The translations under genes were made by a program, and so were the position numbers. Positions 1-10,743 of a stretch of 64,000 bases of DNA are shown piece after piece. The first letter of the stretch is position 1; the number at the start of each line of letters is the position of its first letter. Below the pieces are notes generated by a model. The model did not search any database, had not been told where the DNA came from, and saw only the letters and a program-made list of their open reading frames with translations. Source of the DNA: a virus (taxonomy: Duplodnaviria > Caudoviricetes); the IMG/VR virus record IMGVR_UViG_3300020576_003089, positions 1 through 64,000 of that record, one strand, 5' to 3'.

Positions 1-2771
1 CCTTCTATTTTAACATTCCATGTATTATTATCAATAGTTTGACCTATGTTTCTAACTAAAAAGTCAAAATCATTTCCAAAACTAGCAGGAAGTATATTTT
101 TAGAACCCCCTTCAACATTAAATATATTACCTATTCTAATTCCTGCAATTCCTAAAAATTCTAATCCAACTACTATAGGAATAGGCATAGATTTATATGC
201 TTTTTTATCATATTTACTATCCCAATATACTATTAAATCTCTTAATGAATTATTTAATGATAATAAATTAACATTATTAGTGGCCTCTGAGTTGTTATTA
301 CCTCTAAAATTTAATAAAGATGTATAAAATGCTAATTGCGATACTGCTAAATATAATGGATTATTAGTATCAATTGTATCTTTATTTAATTCTACATTAG
401 TAATTCTATCATTAGGTGATGTAATATCTACAAATCTATTACGAACTTTAAAATTGTAATTAATTAAACCTTTATTATTTATACCTAATTTACCGGAAGA
501 TGCTTGAGTACTAATAGCAACCATAGTACCTTGTTCAGGAAATATTTGTGATTTAATATTATGATTAATAATAAGTGATTTATTATAATCTACATCGAAT
601 CTAAAAGGATCTACATTTTGAGATTCAACAAAATCTTTATCAATTATTTTAGCTATATTATCTATTGGATCTGCATATATTTCAAATGCATTCATACTAC
701 CAATGCTATTTTGAACTCTTGATAATATATCCTTAATAAATGTATTTAATACAATTTCATTTTTATTATTTTTATCGTTATTTACACTTTGTGGTTTAAT
801 TAAACTATATAAAAAATTTAAATTTAAATAAATGTTTGATATGTCTCCCTTTCTATAATTGTTTTCATTAGGTTTAATGAAATATGGTTCTAAATCATTA
901 AAGCGATTTTTTAATGTTTCTTGAATATCTTTAAATTGTTTGGGTCTAAATGAATCTATAGTATTTTGACTAAATGTACGATCTTTATTTATCAATGAAT
1001 TTAATGATTCAAAATTATCCATTATATTTATTTCCCATCTATTTTGAGGAAATATTTTCTGTGTAAAAGCTTTTATTACATTTGGATATGTAAGTTTAGC
1101 ATAATTAAATTCTCCATCAGAAACAGTGGATTTAGATGTAATTAAGTCTGAAAATAATACTAAATTTTTAGTACCAGCTATTGGTAATATATCTTGTTGT
1201 ATAAAACCAATTCTTGTATTTTTATCTAATTTTAAAAAATCATATAAATTAATAGTTTGATTATTGTTTGAATCAAGTTTAGTTATATAATTTTTATTTG
1301 ATCCTTTAAATTTTAAATTTAACGTTCCATCCCCATTATTAACAGTTTTTTGAATATCAATATTATATTCAATATATTGTTGAATATTATTAAGAGACGT
1401 TTCTAAGTTATTAGTAGTTAATTCTTTTTCTAATATTTCTAAAAAACTTTTATATATTAATTCAGTATTTTGATTACCTATTAAATAAAGTACTTTATCT
1501 TTTATATCAACTGAATATTCTTTACCAGGTAATATATTATATGTTTCTTCTTTACCTTCTTTATATGCTATTCCATCAATCCATCCTTGAGGTTTAATTA
1601 AACAAATATTAGGATCACATGGTAATTGAAATGGATGTGCTTGACATGCAAATGAACTAGATTCAAATGTAGATAATTTTATTATATTTGAATTTAACAT
1701 ATAATAATTTAATATATCACATAAACTACCTAATGTTATATATGCTGATATATTAGATCTTTTTGATATCATTACACTCTGAGGATTAATAATATCCTTA
1801 CTAAAGTGAGAAAAATGCATATTAAGTGAACCAACATTAGGTAAATCTGCTTTAAATGATAATGATTTATCTAAAAAATATATTTTTGCTTGATCATATG
1901 CATATTCATTTAAATCATTTAAAATACCACATAACTTTCCTTCTACATATTTACTAATGCCTTCTGAATCTAATTTTGTTTCAGCATTTCCTAAAGGTAT
2001 TCCATTTTCAGATATATTTGTATCTAGATCTATATTGTTAATTTTCCAACTATCTAAAATTTCACCATATGTTATAATAGTTACATCACAATCATAACCA
2101 TTATCTTTTCTTAATTGCCAATTAAAATTTTGTACTTTTCCTAAACATATATCATAATTACCATTAACTGATTGAACTTCTGTATTAGCTATTTCATACA
2201 ATTGCATTAATGTTTTACTTTGAAATTCACCTCCACTTTCTAAAAATTTTTCTCCAAATTTAGGTAATTGTAATCTTTTACCTGTACTTAATTCTTGAGT
2301 CCATCCCCACTCAACACAAATTACATATCCTGGTCTCATATATAATTGTTCCATAATTTCTAATTGCGAATTATCCCAACAATTAAATTTTACAGTAACT
2401 TTACGTAATGAACCATTTGCTGAAAATGATTGACAATCTAAATTAGTTATACCAGGTAATGGTCTTATACCATGTCTATTTTTAGTTGTATATCCTTTTA
2501 ATAAATCACCTTGAGGATTTTCATTTCCACCTAAAATGCTTGATAATACATTTTGTTTAGCTAAAGTATTATCGTAATCACTATCTAAATAATCTCCAGT
2601 TTCTATATTTTTTAATGCATCATCTTTTAATGTATTCACCCCAGACGTCATTCTAATCCAAGCTGTAGGCTGGATTAATGAATTAATGTTAGAACGATTT
2701 AATAAATTGTTTTGTCTAGCATATAATTCATTTTGAATTGTTTTGGGAAATGATGAGTTAAATATTGACAT
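1..2771 (-). CDS. Large putative baseplate hub/tail structural protein, 3' end runs off the window (absent from ORF track)
   Basis: ATG at 2771 (MSIFNSSFPKTIQNELYARQ...TAWIRMTSGV...LYMRPGYVICVEWGW). The start and end segments I translated (ends ...IGQTIDNNTWNVKIE) are in the same frame with no stop; I did not check every codon in between. Sits directly downstream of the LysM/baseplate genes. Confidence 0.6.
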   Translation of the reverse strand, partial: MSIFNSSFPKTIQNELYARQNNLLNRSNINSLIQPTAWIRMTSGVNTLKDDALKNIETGDYLDSDYDNTLAKQNVLSSILGGNENPQGDLLKGYTTKNRHGIRPLPGITNLDCQSFSANGSLRKVTVKFNCWDNSQLEIMEQLYMRPGYVICVEWGWTQELSTGKRLQLPKFGEKFLESGGEFQSKTLMQLYEIANTEVQSVNGNYDICLGKVQNFNWQLRKDNGYDCDVTIITYGEILDSWKINNIDLDTNISENGIPLGNAETKLDSEGISKYVEGKLCGILNDLNEYAYDQAKIYFLDKSLSFKADLPNVGSLNMHFSHFSKDIINPQSVMISKRSNISAYITLGSLCDILNYYMLNSNIIKLSTFESSSFACQAHPFQLPCDPNICLIKPQGWIDGIAYKEGKEETYNILPGKEYSVDIKDKVLYLIGNQNTELIYKSFLEILEKELTTNNLETSLNNIQQYIEYNIDIQKTVNNGDGTLNLKFKGSNKNYITKLDSNNNQTINLYDFLKLDKNTRIGFIQQDILPIAGTKNLVLFSDLITSKSTVSDGEFNYAKLTYPNVIKAFTQKIFPQNRWEINIMDNFESLNSLINKDRTFSQNTIDSFRPKQFKDIQETLKNRFNDLEPYFIKPNENNYRKGDISNIYLNLNFLYSLIKPQSVNNDKNNKNEIVLNTFIKDILSRVQNSIGSMNAFEIYADPIDNIAKIIDKDFVESQNVDPFRFDVDYNKSLIINHNIKSQIFPEQGTMVAISTQASSGKLGINNKGLINYNFKVRNRFVDITSPNDRITNVELNKDTIDTNNPLYLAVSQLAFYTSLLNFRGNNNSEATNNVNLLSLNNSLRDLIVYWDSKYDKKAYKSMPIPIVVGLEFLGIAGIRIGNIFNVEGGSKNILPASFGNDFDFLVRNIGQTIDNNTWNVKIE

Positions 2772-2782
2772 TTATATTGTTA

Positions 2783-3070
2783 TTAATTTGCACCTTCAAT
2801 TATTTTTAAAACTTTATTAATATTTTGAGGAATACGTAACTGAGTTCCAGGTGTAGGAAATAATGAACCATTAGTAACATTATTGTTTACAGCAGCTATT
2901 ATTTTCCAATAATCAGTTGAACCATAATAATTAAATGATATTAAATCTAATCTATCTCCTACTCTAGTAATAATATAAATATCACTCTCATCAAATGGTA
3001 TTGATGGGTAAATATTATTTTTGTAATATTTTTTACTTGTAAAAGGTTGTATTTTAATTTCGTTAATCAT
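2783..3070 (-). CDS. LysM/tail-X-like baseplate wedge protein
   Basis: YIITRVGDRLDLISFNYYGSTDYWKIIAAVNN...PGTQLRIP is the typical LysM/tail protein X pattern; baseplate context. Confidence 0.75.
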   Translation of the reverse strand: MINEIKIQPFTSKKYYKNNIYPSIPFDESDIYIITRVGDRLDLISFNYYGSTDYWKIIAAVNNNVTNGSLFPTPGTQLRIPQNINKVLKIIEGAN

Positions 3071-3371
3071 TAATATTTTTTATATTTACTTTATCTAAAG
3101 GAATTTCTATACCAATTGCCTCCTGATTTATATCATATCCATCAACATCTATTTTAAATTTAGATAAGTATTTTAATAATTCAGCTGCATATTCATATGG
3201 TTGTAAACCTGAATTAAGATTAAAATATACACAACCCTCATCTACATAGCCTTTATATTTATATTTATTATCTAATAAAACATATACATAATCATCATTA
3301 ATAAAATATAATGGAATTTTATTAGGATTATTTATTCCTAATTCGTTAATTAATTGTGTTAATTTTATCAT
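3063..3371 (-). CDS. Leader-tagged hypothetical protein (MIKLTQLINELGINNP), putative head-internal cargo
   Basis: Shared N-terminal leader; overlaps both neighbours. Confidence 0.7.
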   Translation of the reverse strand: MIKLTQLINELGINNPNKIPLYFINDDYVYVLLDNKYKYKGYVDEGCVYFNLNSGLQPYEYAAELLKYLSKFKIDVDGYDINQEAIGIEIPLDKVNIKNIND

Positions 3372-5296
3372 TATGCTATATTTAATTCTTGTCTTTGAAA
3401 AGTAAGATTTCCATCTTGACCTTCTGTAAATTTATCTTTATTTTCAAACTCACCTGAATTAATACCACCTGTTATATAATTAACATCAGCATTATCATTT
3501 TGAGCTATCCAACTTAAACTATTATCATCAGTTCTTTGTGGTAATTCATTATTTCCTTGATTATTAACTCCAATAGGTGTTAATGTTAATGATACTTCTA
3601 TTATATGAGGTAAAATTAATAATTTATCTTCACCTTCAGGTTCTCTCATTGATATTTCCCAAGGTGAATCGTTAGGTATTTTATATGTTAATGATTTTAT
3701 TATACAATGTTGTCTATCAATATAATTACCAATAGTTATTCTTGAAAATGTACCTTCTAACAAACCATTATTATATTTACCTGCCATTCCTGACATTAAA
3801 TAATTTAATTTTTGATACATCGGTTTCATTTCTTCTTTAGATAATGATGCTACTTTAAAACTAACATTAATTGAACGATTAAAACCATTATATATTTTTA
3901 ATTTTTCAGATCTATTAATATAACCTATATCTGACCATTCAGCATTAACACTATCTGATATATCTGTAATATACGCTCTAAAAATCATCCAATTTGAATT
4001 AGTTTGATCTAAAATTGTTTCAATTCTAAATTTAACTAAATCTCTTACATTAAAGTGTTTATCTCCTATTTTAACATAATCATTTTGAGCCTTTTTTTCA
4101 GTAAATAAAGGTGTTAAATTTATTTGATCTTGTTTTCCACTTCCAATTCTTTGTTCTCTACTATTTTCAAACCAACTTCCTCCTATTGTAATAATTTTAC
4201 CTATTTGATTACAATAAAATATATTTTTATTATCATTGGGTAATGATGTTGAATTATTTGCATAAACATATGGAGTATCAGGATTTTGTGAATAAGTTTT
4301 AGCATTTTTAAATGATGAAAATAATGTTGAAGGTACATCTGATCCAGTTTGACTTAAGTATATTGGAGTAACTCCATTTACAGTATCTTCATCTAATATA
4401 ATTTTATTAAATTCATCAGGGTATATTTCTAAAGCTTTATTACTAGCTCCATATAATAATTGATATGGTATTTTAGTTCCATTAGGTATTGCTTCAATAT
4501 TATAATTAATATCTGTAAAACCTGTATAAGGAATAAATCCTCTTAAACCTATTCCATCATTTTTATAAACATCCTTTAATGTATTATAATATCTTTTGAT
4601 ATTAGTAAATCCTATACCATAAAATGATTTAGGTCCACCTACATATGAATATATATTATTATCCCCATCTAAAAAATTAACTAATTTAGATAAAAATCTA
4701 TTTGTTTTTATTTTAGATAAAAACTGAGTACTAGTATCTAAATCTTCTGTTGATTCTAAGAATATTAATTTATTTCTAAATTTAACTAATTGATTCTCAC
4801 CCTCTCTTAATTTCTCACCCTCTTTTATTTTTTCATAAGAATCCATATCACCAAAAACATCCGAAACTTGACCTGGAATTAATCCAGCTCTTTTAATATG
4901 TCCTCCTACTCCAGATATTGCTACTTGACCTATTGTATTAACAGGTGAATATATTTGATTCGATAAAGGACCATTACCAAAATTAGAATTAATATTCATA
5001 GCTTGTAAACCAATTTGTTTAGCTATGAACTGAGGACCATGTTTGGGATCAGTTAAGAAACGTCCTATTCTAACTGTATCTATTGTTGCCGCTCCTGTTC
5101 TAGTATTACGTAAATTTATATCGTTTCCTAATATATTAAAATTATCAGGTAATAAATTTAAAGCAGTATCTGTTAATGAGTTTTTTTCATTTCTATCAAA
5201 TGATTGATCCACTACGTTTACAACAACGTAAGGCCCATTATCACCATAAGTTAATGAGCGTAGTTTTGTTTCATCTAATTTATTTTTTAAACTCAT
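3371..5296 (-). CDS. Putative baseplate/tail-tube initiator-like protein
   Basis: C-terminal DSVNAEWSDIGYINRSEKLKIYNGFNRSINVSFKV...MYQKLNYL resembles contractile-tail tube-initiator domains; lies between tape measure and LysM genes. Confidence 0.5.
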   Translation of the reverse strand: MSLKNKLDETKLRSLTYGDNGPYVVVNVVDQSFDRNEKNSLTDTALNLLPDNFNILGNDINLRNTRTGAATIDTVRIGRFLTDPKHGPQFIAKQIGLQAMNINSNFGNGPLSNQIYSPVNTIGQVAISGVGGHIKRAGLIPGQVSDVFGDMDSYEKIKEGEKLREGENQLVKFRNKLIFLESTEDLDTSTQFLSKIKTNRFLSKLVNFLDGDNNIYSYVGGPKSFYGIGFTNIKRYYNTLKDVYKNDGIGLRGFIPYTGFTDINYNIEAIPNGTKIPYQLLYGASNKALEIYPDEFNKIILDEDTVNGVTPIYLSQTGSDVPSTLFSSFKNAKTYSQNPDTPYVYANNSTSLPNDNKNIFYCNQIGKIITIGGSWFENSREQRIGSGKQDQINLTPLFTEKKAQNDYVKIGDKHFNVRDLVKFRIETILDQTNSNWMIFRAYITDISDSVNAEWSDIGYINRSEKLKIYNGFNRSINVSFKVASLSKEEMKPMYQKLNYLMSGMAGKYNNGLLEGTFSRITIGNYIDRQHCIIKSLTYKIPNDSPWEISMREPEGEDKLLILPHIIEVSLTLTPIGVNNQGNNELPQRTDDNSLSWIAQNDNADVNYITGGINSGEFENKDKFTEGQDGNLTFQRQELNIA

Positions 5297-5304
5297 TAGT
5301 TATT

Positions 5305-5649
5305 TTAGTAGTGTTCAGTTAAAGGATATTTAAGTTTAGAAAAAATTATTTTTCCAAATTTATCTATCTGAGGTCTAGTAAATTTCTCTAAAAACCCTTC
5401 ATATGATATTATATGAGGTCCAGGATATTTAAATTTATGAAAAGTTGACATAATTATCATCCAATTATATTCTAAATTAGAATAATTTGTAGGGTGTTTT
5501 ATCCATAAATTAGTACCCGCCCAATTAGCAACCTTCTTATCATCACTTCTTAAAGCTTTCTGTAATAATTTAATAAGAGTGCTTACATCTTTAATTTTAG
5601 TTGGTTTATTTATTTCTAATTCATTAATAATATTCATTAATTTTATCAT
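5305..5649 (-). CDS. Leader-tagged hypothetical protein (MIKLMNIINELEINKP)
   Basis: Shared leader. Confidence 0.7.
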   Translation of the reverse strand: MIKLMNIINELEINKPTKIKDVSTLIKLLQKALRSDDKKVANWAGTNLWIKHPTNYSNLEYNWMIIMSTFHKFKYPGPHIISYEGFLEKFTRPQIDKFGKIIFSKLKYPLTEHY

Positions 5650-5666
5650 TAGTTGTATTAGTTATT

Positions 5667-5990
5667 TTAGTAATGTCCGTCAGCAGGACCTAAATCATCA
5701 TAGTTTTGTCCAGCTGTAGACTTATATATTTGAATTCCAGTTAAATTTTGTGGAGCTATTGGATCAGTTTCATCTAAATTAGATTCAGGTTTATTTAAAA
5801 CGGTTCCATTAAAATTTTTTATATATGTATTACTTGGATTACTAAATATAGAATAATCTCTATGTAATGGTGTTGCAGTAGTACCATCTATTGGACTTGG
5901 TTGTGGAAAATATCCATATATTCTAGCTGATAAACCAGTTGGTCCATCTAAACTTAAATTACTTATTGTTAATTGATCTATTACAGGCAT
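5667..5990 (-). CDS. Hypothetical virion-associated protein
   Basis: 107-aa ORF in tail module, preceded by ATATTTAT motif at 6008-6015. Confidence 0.55.
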   Translation of the reverse strand: MPVIDQLTISNLSLDGPTGLSARIYGYFPQPSPIDGTTATPLHRDYSIFSNPSNTYIKNFNGTVLNKPESNLDETDPIAPQNLTGIQIYKSTAGQNYDDLGPADGHY

Positions 5991-6014
5991 AATATTGTGT
6001 TTTGTATATAAATA

Positions 6015-6314
6015 TTAAGTAATAATAATTTCTACTACTTTTTCATCAGTAAGACCATCAGTTACAATCCATGTTGATACAACTCTATTATTCATTTCAA
6101 ATTCATAATTTTCAGTCCATTCTAAATCTTCTAAGAAATTTTTTAATCTTTTATCTATTTGATCTAAAGGTATATCATAACTATTATCTGGGTTTTCCCA
6201 ATTTATATTAAAGTGTTTAAGTAATTTAATAATTGAATATTTAGCTGTATTATTATTTAATTTGATAGGATTATTTATTTCTAATTCGTTAAGTAATTGT
6301 GTTAGTTTTATCAT
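6015..6314 (-). CDS. Leader-tagged hypothetical protein (MIKLTQLLNELEINNP)
   Basis: Shared leader. Confidence 0.7.
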   Translation of the reverse strand: MIKLTQLLNELEINNPIKLNNNTAKYSIIKLLKHFNINWENPDNSYDIPLDQIDKRLKNFLEDLEWTENYEFEMNNRVVSTWIVTDGLTDEKVVEIIIT

Positions 6315-6316
6315 AA

Positions 6317-8737
6317 TTAATAAAATGTTCTTGAATTTTCTTTAAATGATGCTAATGGTGCTGCTTTTCCTAATGCAAATTCATTTATTTGAATAACATT
6401 TCCACCTTTAGCTACTTCATATTGTTGTTGATTAATTGCAATTAATTTTTCTAATTTATCTTCTAATTTTTTATAATCATAAAATTGTTGATTATTTGAC
6501 CCTCTATTAATATTAGGGCTTACTGCTAAACCATCACCTTTTGTTGTTATAGCAGTTGCACCATAATTATCTGTAATTGTAAATGGACCACGTGATGAAG
6601 GTGCTATACCATCTGGCACTTCTTGTGCTTTTTGTGCTGATTCAGCAGCTTTACTATTCATTGATGCTATAGCAATACCTGCCGCTGTTAATCCAATAAC
6701 TGCCCCTATACCAAAACTTCTCATAGATGCTGAAGTAGTTGTAAATGCTGCTTCAGCTGCTGATAATCCTACTAATCTAGCTAAACTTACTCCTAAAGCC
6801 ATCATATTTTTTAACATAATACCACCCATCATTCCACTAATACCTATAAATAAAGTATTTAATACCCAAGTTTTATTTAATATAGTAATTATACCATTTA
6901 ATAATTTACCAAATGGGCCATCTACTAAATCAATTACGGTTTGTTTAAGTTTATCCATTGACTTTGTAAATTTTTCTTGTAAACTTAATTGCATACCTTG
7001 TTTTTTAATAAATTCTCCTAAATCACCACCTTGTTCTGCAAATATTGCTCTTTGTTTAGCTGTTAATTCATCAGCTCCTTTAATATTAGAATTAATCATT
7101 TCTTGTTGTAATAACATATCAGCCATTTCATCTCTGCTTAAACCAAATGATTCTGCTAATGATTTTTGTGCTAATACATTTAAATTAGTAAAATCTTTTT
7201 GTGTACCAATTTGAGATGATATTTCTTGCATTAATGATGCTTGATCACCAAATAATGCTGCAGCTCTTGCTCTTTCTAAATTTAATTCACGTCCTGTTAA
7301 TAATTCAGCTTTTAATTCATTTTCAATTGATGATTCCCAATTTAATAATGATTCACCTATTTTGTCTACTTGTTCTAATGATAAACCTAATTTTTTAGCT
7401 TGTATAACAGCTTCACCTAATGCTTTAGGATTTCCCTGAAATTTAACTAAAATACCAGCGCTTAAATTACCCATATCTTCAAGAATATCTTTACTTGACA
7501 CGTGTAAATGTAATTGTTCTCCCGCTAGAAAAGCGCTTTCAAGTGCTGAAGTTACATATTTTTCATATTCAAAATTTAATTTTGTAGTATTATCAGTAGT
7601 TGATTTAGCTAATTTATTTAATGTTGCAGCGGCTTTATTAGATACACCCATTAATTTAGTTAAATCATTAAATGTTTTTAATTCTGTATCTGCAAATATA
7701 ACTGCTATACCTAATTCTTTAGATAAATTAGCTTGAGCTTCAATCATATCAGTAACTGATAAACTACCATCTTTAATGGTTTTAACAAATTCAACATAAC
7801 CATGTCTAATATCTCTAACATAATCTTTTGATAAACCTAAGGTTTCAGCCATGTTAGTAACATGAGTATCTGCTTCAAATAATGTACCAACTAAATTTTT
7901 TAAACCTAATAATGCTAATAAACCTGTAAATTTATTTAATAAATATTTTCCAATACTATCTGATACTTCTTTACGATCTTGTTGTTTTTTTATTTTCTTT
8001 AAGAGTTCAATTTCGGTTTCTAAATCACCTTTTAATTCATCATTAATTCTTTCTGTATTTTCTAAAGCTTCAACTTTATCAATTGCTAATTCATTTAAAA
8101 TTTCTTGCTTTTTAACTTCTTTTTCTAAATCTTTTAAATAATCACTAAAACCTCTATGATCCTGCATTGCTTTAGAGATCTCTATACTTCTTTGATCTAT
8201 TTTATCCTGTAAATCAGCTATTTTACCTATATTACCTGCTTTAATTGCTAATAATTTTTCCTCTCTATCCTCTAAATTTTTATATTTAAGATCAATTAAT
8301 CTATCTTCAGAATCATCTAATATTTTTTTACCATCAGCTATTTCCTTATTTAAACTATTAATTAAAGCACCTGTTCTATTAATATTATTTTGTTCTTTTA
8401 ATAAAGCATCATTAATTTCATATTGAATATCTCTTCTATTTTTATTATGATTTAATAAACTTTTTTCTAAATTCTTTAATTCTTCATTAATTTTAGCTGA
8501 GGTTCTATTTTCTTTATTATATAATACTTTTGAAGCGACTATATTAGCTAATGATAATTCTAATTGTTTTGATAAACTAACTAATTCTTTTTCACCATTA
8601 GTTAATTCTAATGTATTATCCTTAAGCTTTTTAGCTTGATTTGCTGCATTTTCATATGCTTTACCTAACTCACCAACTTGTTGTTGAGCTAATTTTTCTG
8701 CTGATGCATCTGCATTATCTATATTTCTATTAGCCAT
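6317..8737 (-). CDS. Tape measure protein
   Basis: 806 aa, long coiled-coil/Ala-Leu-rich helical sequence with hydrophobic Gly/Ala C-terminal segments; position after tube and chaperone genes. Confidence 0.75.
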   Translation of the reverse strand: MANRNIDNADASAEKLAQQQVGELGKAYENAANQAKKLKDNTLELTNGEKELVSLSKQLELSLANIVASKVLYNKENRTSAKINEELKNLEKSLLNHNKNRRDIQYEINDALLKEQNNINRTGALINSLNKEIADGKKILDDSEDRLIDLKYKNLEDREEKLLAIKAGNIGKIADLQDKIDQRSIEISKAMQDHRGFSDYLKDLEKEVKKQEILNELAIDKVEALENTERINDELKGDLETEIELLKKIKKQQDRKEVSDSIGKYLLNKFTGLLALLGLKNLVGTLFEADTHVTNMAETLGLSKDYVRDIRHGYVEFVKTIKDGSLSVTDMIEAQANLSKELGIAVIFADTELKTFNDLTKLMGVSNKAAATLNKLAKSTTDNTTKLNFEYEKYVTSALESAFLAGEQLHLHVSSKDILEDMGNLSAGILVKFQGNPKALGEAVIQAKKLGLSLEQVDKIGESLLNWESSIENELKAELLTGRELNLERARAAALFGDQASLMQEISSQIGTQKDFTNLNVLAQKSLAESFGLSRDEMADMLLQQEMINSNIKGADELTAKQRAIFAEQGGDLGEFIKKQGMQLSLQEKFTKSMDKLKQTVIDLVDGPFGKLLNGIITILNKTWVLNTLFIGISGMMGGIMLKNMMALGVSLARLVGLSAAEAAFTTTSASMRSFGIGAVIGLTAAGIAIASMNSKAAESAQKAQEVPDGIAPSSRGPFTITDNYGATAITTKGDGLAVSPNINRGSNNQQFYDYKKLEDKLEKLIAINQQQYEVAKGGNVIQINEFALGKAAPLASFKENSRTFY

Positions 8738-9005
8738 AACGTTGTACTAGTTGTTTTAATTGATGATAAAACTTATTACGTTCTAATGATGATAAAACAT
8801 CTAAATCAGAACGATCAAAACGTGTATCTTTAAAAACACCATATTTATTATAATATGGTGTAATAATTTGTTGATATTCTTTCCAAGCATTATCATTAGA
8901 AAAAACAAATCTAATTATTGATTCATTCCATAATTTTAATACTGTTTCAATATTAATATTAGGATTATTTACTTCTAATTCCAATAATTGCATTAACTTA
9001 ATCAT
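8730..9005 (-). CDS. Leader-tagged hypothetical protein (MIKLMQLLELEVNNP)
   Basis: Shared leader; body similar to 24164-24424. Confidence 0.7.
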   Translation of the reverse strand: MIKLMQLLELEVNNPNINIETVLKLWNESIIRFVFSNDNAWKEYQQIITPYYNKYGVFKDTRFDRSDLDVLSSLERNKFYHQLKQLVQRYG

Positions 9006-9018
9006 ATTAATAAATATT

Positions 9019-9047
9019 AAGAAAGCACCCTATTTGGATGCTTTCTT
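9019..9047 (-). terminator. Hairpin at end of chaperone-extension ORF
   Basis: AAGAAAGCA...TGCTTTCTT inverted repeat overlapping the stop at 9030; weak U-tract. Confidence 0.4.
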
Positions 9048-9317
9048 TGTTTGATATGTTGGTTGTATGTTTGGTTTTGCTATTAATTCCTTATGTGTAT
9101 TTGGATTAATTACTTCATTATTTTTATTTTCATTATCATAAAATTCCTTTAATTTATTAAAGGTAAATTTACGTAACCAAATAGGCATATGATATACTGT
9201 TTCCCAATCATAAGCACCTTTGCTATTAAATATTATTTCATGTATTTCTGAAAATAAACTAAATCTATAGCTTGAAGTCAGGCCAAAGAAATGTAATCCC
9301 AATGGGAATATCAACAC
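9030..9317 (-). CDS. Tail assembly chaperone extension (GT-like), probably reached by frameshift
   Basis: Overlaps the upstream ORF by 53 nt in the +1 frame; only a TTG start; lies between chaperone and tape measure. Confidence 0.55.
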   Translation of the reverse strand: MLIFPLGLHFFGLTSSYRFSLFSEIHEIIFNSKGAYDWETVYHMPIWLRKFTFNKLKEFYDNENKNNEVINPNTHKELIAKPNIQPTYQTKKASK

Positions 9318-10008
9318 CCTCCTCAGTGTCTTCTGGATAATATCTTAATTCTACATCAGGTTGGATTTCTTGTATATGTTTTCTTAATGCTCTAGCTTCT
9401 TGAACAAGCATATCTTTATCAACATATTGTCTAATATCAGCTGTGTCTTGTTTTCCATTTATACTAATTATAGTATATTTTAAACGTGTTGATGATTCGA
9501 ATGAACTATTAGGATTTATTTTTAATAATCCTTTAATTTCAGCATCAATTTTTTTATGATCACCATGAGTTAAAAGTTTAAAACCAATAACATTATTAGT
9601 CATAGGTGGTTTAAATTCAAATTCATTTTTTCCATCTTTAAATAGTTCTTCGTTAATTTCTTTATCTTTAATAGTAGATAAATCTATTTTACCTTTTTCT
9701 TTTTGTCTTGTGATTGGATGAATATAATCAAATTCATAATCTTTACCATAACCTAAAACTCTTGCTGCAATTAGAATAGCATTTTTATCACCATCTATTA
9801 ATTCATCATAATTTATTTTAGTAACTATTAATGACTGTAATAATTTATCTACAGTAATACCTTTTTCTAAATAACTACGATTAGTTAATATATCTTCATC
9901 TTTAGCCGTCATATAACGCATTTCGATTTCACCTTTTGATAATGCAGACTCTTTTGAGTAGACTAACCCTTTTGAAGGTAATGTTATTATTTCACTTAAT
10001 TCATTCAT
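9265..10008 (-). CDS. Tail/baseplate assembly chaperone (T4 gp26-like family)
   Basis: ITLPSKGLVY...IEMRYMTAKDEDIL...ELIDGDKNAILIAARVLGYG motif; directly downstream of tail tube. Confidence 0.7.
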   Translation of the reverse strand: MNELSEIITLPSKGLVYSKESALSKGEIEMRYMTAKDEDILTNRSYLEKGITVDKLLQSLIVTKINYDELIDGDKNAILIAARVLGYGKDYEFDYIHPITRQKEKGKIDLSTIKDKEINEELFKDGKNEFEFKPPMTNNVIGFKLLTHGDHKKIDAEIKGLLKINPNSSFESSTRLKYTIISINGKQDTADIRQYVDKDMLVQEARALRKHIQEIQPDVELRYYPEDTEEGVDIPIGITFLWPDFKL

Positions 10009-10127
10009 TTTTATTATTAATTTAATGTAAATATAAATATATACACTTTTTATTAATTTTCCAAACTTTTTATTAAAATGAAATAAGAGAGTTGAAGCTA
10101 TACGAAGAATCTTGACTTTCCAACATA

Positions 10128-10162
10128 AACAAAGAAACCCTCCTCTTTCGAGAAGGGTTCTA
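10128..10162 (-). terminator. Rho-independent terminator after tail tube gene
   Basis: AACCCTTCTC-GAAA-GAGGAGGGTT stem-loop followed by TCTTTGTTT. Confidence 0.75.
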
Positions 10163-10179
10163 AAATTATTATTAAATTT

Positions 10180-10671
10180 CTAGTAATTCAAGATGCAATA
10201 ATCCATAGTAAGTGTAGCTGTAATCATTACAGCATTTTCACCACTAGACCAATCAAAATTACCAAAATCAGCTGTTTTAACATAAGCACCTTTAAGTTTC
10301 CATTCTGAAACTACATCACCTACAGGACCTAAAACAGACATTGTGCAATCTTTTTTATAAAAGTCACTATAACCATCTCTACCTGTTACAGATTCATGAG
10401 CTAAACGAGCCCATTCCATAACTGCTTGAGCAGCTGATGGAACTATAGGACTGTATAATTCTATATTTACATCCTTCCATTTAACTTTACCTTTTACTTT
10501 ACGGTAAATATTAATATGATCTAATGTAATTTCACTAGCATCAAAACCTGGAGCAGATGCTTTTTTAATTAAATATGCAGGAATTCCATCTATTTCAAAA
10601 ATAAAACGATTTTCGACTTGTGGTTCATAAGCTGTAAAAAATATTTCATTTGTATCTAATATACGTGGCAT
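10180..10671 (-). CDS. Tail tube protein (T4 gp19-like)
   Basis: NRFIFEIDGIPAYLIKKASAP...GKVKWKDVNIELY...EWKLKGAY...FGNFDW; follows sheath. Confidence 0.9.
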   Translation of the reverse strand: MPRILDTNEIFFTAYEPQVENRFIFEIDGIPAYLIKKASAPGFDASEITLDHINIYRKVKGKVKWKDVNIELYSPIVPSAAQAVMEWARLAHESVTGRDGYSDFYKKDCTMSVLGPVGDVVSEWKLKGAYVKTADFGNFDWSSGENAVMITATLTMDYCILNY

Positions 10672-10703
10672 TTATTTATGTTTATTTTTATATTAATAAA
10701 TAT

Positions 10704-10736
10704 ATAAAAACCCAAGACTCTTACAAATCTTGGGTT
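10704..10736 (-). terminator. Rho-independent terminator after tail sheath
   Basis: AACCCAAGA/TCTTGGGTT 9-bp stem followed by TTTT. Confidence 0.7.
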
Positions 10737-10743
10737 ATTTTAT

